This document shows positions 17,104 to 24,441 of a DNA stretch of 64,000 bases, one piece after another. The stretch is from Acidobacteriota bacterium (GTDB taxonomy: Bacteria; Acidobacteriota; Thermoanaerobaculia; UBA5066; Gp7-AA6). Position 1 is the first letter of the stretch; each line of letters opens with the position of its first letter. Under the pieces are notes generated by a model. It was not told the origin of the DNA. It made no database searches and was given only the letters and a program-made list of their open reading frames with translations. Where the stretch lies: positions 305 through 64,304 of the forward strand of contig JBDTOO010000018.1 in the NCBI GenBank assembly GCA_039933215.1. The letters run 5' to 3'. The position numbers and the translations under genes were made by a program.

Positions 17104-18093
17104 ATGACGCGCTCTCAGGACGCTTTGTCCCTGACCCTCGACGACTACCACGGCCGCGATCCCGCGATGCAGCGGTGCCTCGAGCAGGCGCGGCTCGCCG
17201 CGCGGACCGATCTTCCGATCCTGATCCTCGGAGAATCCGGGACCGGAAAGACCCTGCTCGCGCGCGCCGTCCACAACTCGTCTCCCCGGCGGGACGGGCC
17301 GTTCGTTTCCTTCAACGCCGCGGCCCTTTCGGACACCCTTCTCGATTCTCAGCTCTTCGGTCACGAGCGAGGCGCCTTCACCGGCGCGCAGAATCGCGTC
17401 AAGGGGAAGTTCGAGCTGGCGAACTCCGGTTCGCTCTTCATCGACGAGATCGCCGACATGAGCGCCTCGGGCCAGGGCAAGATCCTTCGCGCCGTCGAGT
17501 ACGGCGAGTTCGAGCGGCTGGGCTCGGAAACGATCCAGGTGTCCGACGTCCGCCTGCTGTCGGCGACGCACTTTCCGATGGGAGTGTTCACGGAGTCCGA
17601 GCGATTCCGGCGGGACCTGTTCTTCCGGATCAGCGGTTGGACGATCACGCTTCCGCCCCTGCGGGAGCGGCGAAAGGACCTCCCGCTGCTGCTCGCGTCC
17701 GAGATCGCGCGCGCGAGCCGGGAGCAGAAAAAGCCGATCGTGGGACTCGAGCGGGATGCCGTCGACCGCGTCCTCGCTCACGCCTGGCCGGGTAACCTGA
17801 GGGAGCTCTCCCGCGTGGTGGACGTGGCGGTCGCGTCGTGCGAGGCCGGAGTCGTGACCGCGGACGCGCTCTACCTCCAGTCCTTCCCCGACCCGGACGG
17901 TCGCCCCGCGTCTCCCGTCTCCCCGGCGTCAACCGGCGCGGAGACCCTCAGCCTCGCGGCGGCCGAACGCCGCCACATCGGAAGCGTGCTCGCCCGGCTG
18001 GCAGGAAACAAGCGGGCGGCCGCGAAAGCGCTCGGAATCTCCCGGTCGACGCTCGACCGCAAGTTAAACGACGCCGCGAAGGACGCCCGGTAA
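17104..18093 (+). CDS. Sigma-54-dependent transcriptional activator (AAA+ enhancer-binding protein plus Fis-type HTH) lacking an N-terminal sensory domain
   Basis: Walker A ILGESGTGKTLLA, the sigma-54 contact loop FGHERGAFTGA, Walker B LFIDEIADM, WPGNLRELSRVV, and C-terminal HTH NKRAAAKALGISRSTLDRKL. The AAA+ domain begins within about 25 residues of the N-terminus. Confidence 0.9.
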   Translation: MTRSQDALSLTLDDYHGRDPAMQRCLEQARLAARTDLPILILGESGTGKTLLARAVHNSSPRRDGPFVSFNAAALSDTLLDSQLFGHERGAFTGAQNRVKGKFELANSGSLFIDEIADMSASGQGKILRAVEYGEFERLGSETIQVSDVRLLSATHFPMGVFTESERFRRDLFFRISGWTITLPPLRERRKDLPLLLASEIARASREQKKPIVGLERDAVDRVLAHAWPGNLRELSRVVDVAVASCEAGVVTADALYLQSFPDPDGRPASPVSPASTGAETLSLAAAERRHIGSVLARLAGNKRAAAKALGISRSTLDRKLNDAAKDAR

Positions 18094-18100
18094 CCGCCGG

Positions 18101-18283
18101 TCAGTAACCGCGACGCTTCGAATCGAGCGACTCTCCCTTGATGTCCCCGAGCTTCGCGAAGACGTCGACGGCGCCGCCTTTCACCCGCTTCGCCTGATCG
18201 GCCTTCAGCCGCTTCGCAGGCAGGTTCGAAACGCTCTTCTTCGCGGCTTTGCCGCTCTTGCTGGATCCACGCCTGGTCGCCAT
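18101..18283 (-). CDS. GG-leader precursor peptide P4 (60 aa)
   Basis: MATRRGSSKSGKAAKKSVSNLPAKRLKADQAKRVKGG|AVDVFAKLGDIKGESLDSKRRGY. GAGGAGAGGAAA lies upstream of ATG 18283. The track ORF 18101..18310 starts 9 codons earlier at a less likely ATG. Confidence 0.8.
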   Translation of the reverse strand: MATRRGSSKSGKAAKKSVSNLPAKRLKADQAKRVKGGAVDVFAKLGDIKGESLDSKRRGY

Positions 18284-18339
18284 ACGATTTCCTCTCCTCT
18301 TTCTCTCCATCGGAGCTTTGTCGCGAGCTTCGACGGTCG

Positions 18340-18510
18340 TCAGATGTCCATCGTGTCCGGATGCTTCGGGTCGAGCGATTCTCCCTTGATGTTCCCGATC
18401 CTGCCGCCTTTGATCCGTTTCGCCTGATCCCCCTTCAACGACTTCGGGGGAAGGCTCTTCGCCCGCTTGCCCGGCGAACCGGCCGCCTTCCTTCCTCGAT
18501 CGCTCGGCAT
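18340..18510 (-). CDS. GG-leader precursor peptide P5 (56 aa)
   Basis: MPSDRGRKAAGSPGKRAKSLPPKSLKGDQAKRIKGG|RIGNIKGESLDPKHPDTMDI. GGAG lies 6 nt upstream of ATG 18510. In the track it is only the tail of the artefactual ORF 18340..18804. Confidence 0.78.
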   Translation of the reverse strand: MPSDRGRKAAGSPGKRAKSLPPKSLKGDQAKRIKGGRIGNIKGESLDPKHPDTMDI

Positions 18511-18537
18511 GGATGCTCCATTGGATGGAACTCGGGT

Positions 18538-18553
18538 AGCAAGTCTGCAGCCA
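18538..18553 (-). promoter_or_regulatory. Sigma-54 (-24/-12) promoter upstream of P5-P4
   Basis: The minus strand reads TGGCTG-CAGAC-TTGCT with GG-N10-GC spacing and a perfect TTGC -12 element, about 27 nt upstream of the P5 ATG. Confidence 0.7.
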
Positions 18554-18635
18554 GATCGATTCGGGGGGGCGAGAACCCTCGTGGGGGCCCGGTGTGCCGG
18601 GCGATTCGTGCGAAAAAGCCCGCCACCGGTGCGCT

Positions 18636-18652
18636 CCGCCGCGGAGGCGGCG
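18636..18652. promoter_or_regulatory. Candidate shared enhancer (UAS) palindrome between the divergent sigma-54 promoters
   Basis: CGCCGC-GGAG-GCGGCG is a 6-4-6 inverted repeat almost exactly midway between the -24 elements at 18553 and 18728. A related CCGCGG-AGG-CCGCGG lies at 10876..10890 upstream of the P2 promoter. GC palindromes are frequent in this genome, so support is weak. Confidence 0.25.
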
Positions 18653-18726
18653 AGAGGCCGCCCGGGGGCCAGGAGAGGGGACCCCGAAGGCTCATGTCTC
18701 AGAATGGAACACGCGAGGTCCCGGAA

Positions 18727-18742
18727 CGGTACCGTGCCTGCG
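18727..18742 (+). promoter_or_regulatory. Candidate sigma-54 promoter upstream of P7-P6
   Basis: CGGTAC-CGTGC-CTGCG has correct GG-N10-GC spacing, with one mismatch in each element relative to GGCAC/TTGC. Confidence 0.45.
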
Positions 18743-18821
18743 CCGAAGGCTCTCCGGGGCCGCGCGAAGTCTCTCCGCTCGCGCGAGTTGCGCGAACGCC
18801 TCATCTGGCGGAGAAACTGCT

Positions 18822-19052
18822 ATGGCAGGAAGAAAATGGAAGCGAAGATGGCTCGAGCCGAGACTCGAAAGGCGTGAAACCGAAGTGAAGCGGATCCGCC
18901 GGCGGACCCGCGAGGTCGTCCTCCTGAAGGACCTGGCTCCCCGTCAGGAGATCAAGGGAGGAAGCGGAAAGCGGCTCTTCGGCGAGCGCATCGCTTCGAC
19001 GGAGTCGGAGGCGAAGGCCAGGAGGGTTTCTCGAAAGACGAAGCCCTCCTAG
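18822..19052 (+). CDS. Divergent GG-motif precursor peptide P7 (76 aa from ATG 18822, or 55 aa from GTG 18885)
   Basis: ...(V/M)KRIRRRTREVVLLKDLAPRQEIKGG|SGKRLFGERIASTESEAKARRVSRKTKPS. It has a basic N-terminus and a KDL(P)A..IKGG motif like P3-P5, but the leader is shorter. GGAGAA lies upstream of ATG 18822. It is the C-terminal part of track ORF 18594..19052. Confidence 0.5.
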   Translation: MAGRKWKRRWLEPRLERRETEVKRIRRRTREVVLLKDLAPRQEIKGGSGKRLFGERIASTESEAKARRVSRKTKPS

Positions 19053-19097
19053 TTCGACGAGCAGAGTGGATCGCAACGGAGCGAAAGGAGAGGGACG

Positions 19098-19265
19098 ATG
19101 GCAACCAGGAAGAGTCGGAAGCCCGCGAAGAAGGTCAAGTCGATGAAGGCGAAGAGCCTGAATGCGAAGCAGGCCAGGAGCGTCAAGGGCGGCAAAACGA
19201 CGCTTCAGGACATCAGCTTCGTTCACAGTGTCGATAAGGCGAGCCCGGTCCTCCTTCAGAAATAA
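19098..19265 (+). CDS. GG-leader precursor peptide P6 (55 aa)
   Basis: Hand translation: MATRKSRKPAKKVKSMKAKSLNAKQARSVKGG|KTTLQDISFVHSVDKASPVLLQK. AAGGAG lies 7 nt upstream of ATG 19098. Not in the ORF track. Confidence 0.8.
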   Translation: MATRKSRKPAKKVKSMKAKSLNAKQARSVKGGKTTLQDISFVHSVDKASPVLLQK

Positions 19266-19285
19266 GACGGGCCGATCTCGAAGGG

Positions 19286-20458
19286 TCAGCGTTCGCCGGG
19301 CCTGGAGTCCGCCAGGATGTGGAAGTCCGCCAGTTTTCGGACCAGGTCCTCTTCCACGCGGATTCCCAGCTCGCTTTCGATCGTCTCGAGAGCCTCCCGC
19401 GTGGGCTGCCCCTGGAAATAGGGCAGCACCTGCAGGATCTCCGGCGGGAGATCGAGGGCATCGGCGCCGGTGTAACCGACGATGCGAACGGCCTCCGGAC
19501 TCGCCGAGAGGATCTGGAACGTGCCGGGAGTGAGCCGTTCCGGGAGCTTTTCCGAGAGCAACTCCGCGTGCGCCTGCCGCGTCATGCGCGCCTGCACCGC
19601 GATGTCGGCGCCGCCGATGCGCGCCACGTCCTCCCACGCGAGCGGTCCGACGCGGCGGCCGCACTCCCGATAGAACTCCCGCTCCCGTCCGAGCCACTGT
19701 CCCCAGACCTTCCGCGCGGACGCGGGATCGGGCCGGCCGTCGACGTCCGCGGCGCTCATCGGCAGCTTCGTCCCGGGACGCGGCTTCGGCGGGAAGACGG
19801 ACTCCAGGGCGGCGGCGTCGAGGCCGGACTCGAGAACGCACCAGGTCGAAAGCGCCCACTCGACTTCCTTCAGGAGGTCTCGCAGGCGGTCCCAGAAAGC
19901 CATGCCGACGGCTCCCCGCTCGTACTTGCAGAACCAGGTGGCGCAGATGGCGTTGCGATGCTTCCAGATGCCGCACCGGCCTCCCGCCTCCTCGAGGTAG
20001 TGCGGACACCGCAGCGTCTCGGCGCGCCCGAAGGCCGCGGGCCCTCCGGCGTCGTAGAGCACGCTGAAGCGGGCCGGCGCCTGGACCCCGAGCGGATGGA
20101 CGCCGACTCCCTCGTCCAGGCGTCGCTCGAGCGTCGCCCGGCCCGCGGAGAAGGCGAAGTCGCCGTCCTCGAGGGCGCGGCCCACGAGAAAATTGGGCAC
20201 GGTCGGCACGTAGGTGCAGCACTTGGTCCGCGGGCTGAAGTAATTGCCTTCGTCGGGAGGTGCGCCCGGGGGCGCGCACATCGCGCAGTCGTCGCAGGTC
20301 GCGCGGGTCTCGGCGGGGATCGGACCACGCAGCAGGGCGTCGATCCAGCGGGCGTAGAGGGGAGGCAGGGAGCTGCTCGGATCGAAGGGCTGCACCGTCC
20401 CCCGAGGATAGAGCCGGCGGAGCGGGGCCGCCAGCGGTAAACCTCCGGACGGATACAT
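19286..20458 (-). CDS. Cysteine-cluster protein (YkgJ/CxxCxxCC-like) with a possible C-terminal PqqD/RRE-like peptide-binding region
   Basis: Cys motifs CDDCAMC...KCCTYVP...CPHYLEEAGGRCGIWKHRNAICATWFC. The C-terminal segment LPPEILQVLPYFQGQPTREALETIESELGIRVEEDLVRKLADFHILA resembles PqqD-type RiPP recognition elements. It is convergent with P6. Confidence 0.8.
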   Translation of the reverse strand: MYPSGGLPLAAPLRRLYPRGTVQPFDPSSSLPPLYARWIDALLRGPIPAETRATCDDCAMCAPPGAPPDEGNYFSPRTKCCTYVPTVPNFLVGRALEDGDFAFSAGRATLERRLDEGVGVHPLGVQAPARFSVLYDAGGPAAFGRAETLRCPHYLEEAGGRCGIWKHRNAICATWFCKYERGAVGMAFWDRLRDLLKEVEWALSTWCVLESGLDAAALESVFPPKPRPGTKLPMSAADVDGRPDPASARKVWGQWLGREREFYRECGRRVGPLAWEDVARIGGADIAVQARMTRQAHAELLSEKLPERLTPGTFQILSASPEAVRIVGYTGADALDLPPEILQVLPYFQGQPTREALETIESELGIRVEEDLVRKLADFHILADSRPGER

Positions 20459-20471
20459 CGTATAACAAGGT

Positions 20472-20840
20472 ATGATGCAGCGGATGGCAACGGACGGTTC
20501 CGAGAACTGGGAAAGCCAGGTCCGTAAAGGCTGGCTCGAGCTCGCGATCCTCGCGAGCCTCTGGTCCGAGAAACTCTACGGACTCGACATCCTTCGGAGG
20601 CTCGAAGCGGGCTCGGACCTCGTGGTGGCCGAAGGCACGATCTATCCGATCCTGAATCGACTGAAGCGGGACGGCCTGATCGACTCGAAGTGGGTCGAGT
20701 CGGAGGGCGGCCACCCGCGCAAATACTACTGGCTGACGGCCGCCGGACGGCGGCGGACGCTTTCCATGGCCCGGCACGCCTCGCTGTTCCTGGGACGCAT
20801 CCAGGAGCTTCTCGCCCCGCTGCTCTCGGAGGAGGAATGA
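20472..20840 (+). CDS. PadR-family transcriptional regulator
   Basis: WLELAILASLWSEKLYGLDILRRLE...EGTIYPILNRLKRDGLIDSKWVESEGGHPRKYYWLTAAG. Confidence 0.88.
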   Translation: MMQRMATDGSENWESQVRKGWLELAILASLWSEKLYGLDILRRLEAGSDLVVAEGTIYPILNRLKRDGLIDSKWVESEGGHPRKYYWLTAAGRRRTLSMARHASLFLGRIQELLAPLLSEEE

Positions 20841-21457
20841 TGCTTACGCCGAATACGCCCCACAGCGACCGCCTCCAGACGCGCATCGACGCGTACCTCA
20901 TGCGGCTGCGGAGGAGCCTCGGCGAGCTCCCGCCGGAGGAGGTCGCGGACATTCTTCAGGAGATCCGCGGCCACATTCTCGAGCGCGCCGAGGCCGCCGG
21001 CGAGATGACGGACGAGCGTCTCGTCGCGATCCTCCAGGCCCTCGGGCGGCCCGAGGACATCGCGCCCCTCTACCAGGCCGAGGCCCTCATGGCCCGCGCG
21101 CGGACGAGCTACTCGCCGACGCTGCTTCTGCGGGGCGCGCTGCGGTGGGCGATGCTCTCCGTCCGGGGTTTCGCGATCTTTCTCGCGGGTCTCGTCGGCT
21201 ACGGGATCGCTCTCGGGTTTCTGGTGGGCGGCTTCGGCAAGATCGTCGCGCCGCGGCAGATCGGGGCTTGGTGGACGCCGGGGAGCTTCAGCATCGGAAC
21301 GACGACCAACCCCGCCGCGCACGATGTCCTCGGCTGGTGGCTCGTCCCCGTCGGCCTCGCCGTCGGAGCGATCGGGCTGGTCGCGACGACGTGGTTGCTC
21401 CGGTGGGCGCTCGGCTTCGCGAAGCTGCGGCGGGCGATCCCGGCGCGCGTGACGTAA
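20837..21457 (+). CDS. Membrane protein (DUF1700-like partner of PadR)
   Basis: ATG overlaps the PadR stop (ATGA). N-terminal helical region ...YLMRLRRSLGELPPEEVADILQEIRGHILE..., then 3 TM helices. Confidence 0.8.
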   Translation: MMLTPNTPHSDRLQTRIDAYLMRLRRSLGELPPEEVADILQEIRGHILERAEAAGEMTDERLVAILQALGRPEDIAPLYQAEALMARARTSYSPTLLLRGALRWAMLSVRGFAIFLAGLVGYGIALGFLVGGFGKIVAPRQIGAWWTPGSFSIGTTTNPAAHDVLGWWLVPVGLAVGAIGLVATTWLLRWALGFAKLRRAIPARVT

Positions 21458-21503
21458 GGGCGACCTTCCAGGGAGCTCGAAGGAAGCATGAGCCCGCGTG
21501 CCT

Positions 21504-24416
<2,913 letters not shown>

Positions 24417-24441
24417 CGCGCCGATTCTAGCGGGCGCGACC

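Noticed and set aside
18594-19052. 152-aa plus-strand ORF, and the 154-aa minus-strand ORF 18340..18804, taken as full-length proteins
   Set aside because: Their upstream parts cross the sigma-54 control region and have no coding character. Only the C-terminal peptide-sized parts (P7 and P5) are preceded by ribosome-binding sites and carry the leader motif.
10384-20458. The locus as a type VI secretion gene cluster or a disrupted hcp gene
   Set aside because: No TssA-M, VgrG, PAAR or ClpV homologs are in the window. The Hcp-like pieces lie on both strands, overlap each other in Hcp coordinates, and each carries its own RBS, start and GG leader, so a simple frameshifted or fragmented hcp does not fit.
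10384-20458. The locus as a lanthipeptide or a thiazole/oxazole RiPP cluster
   Set aside because: The cores contain a single Cys in total (in P1). No LanB/C/M, YcaO, radical-SAM or dehydrogenase genes are present. Only the Cys-cluster/RRE-like protein hints at modification.
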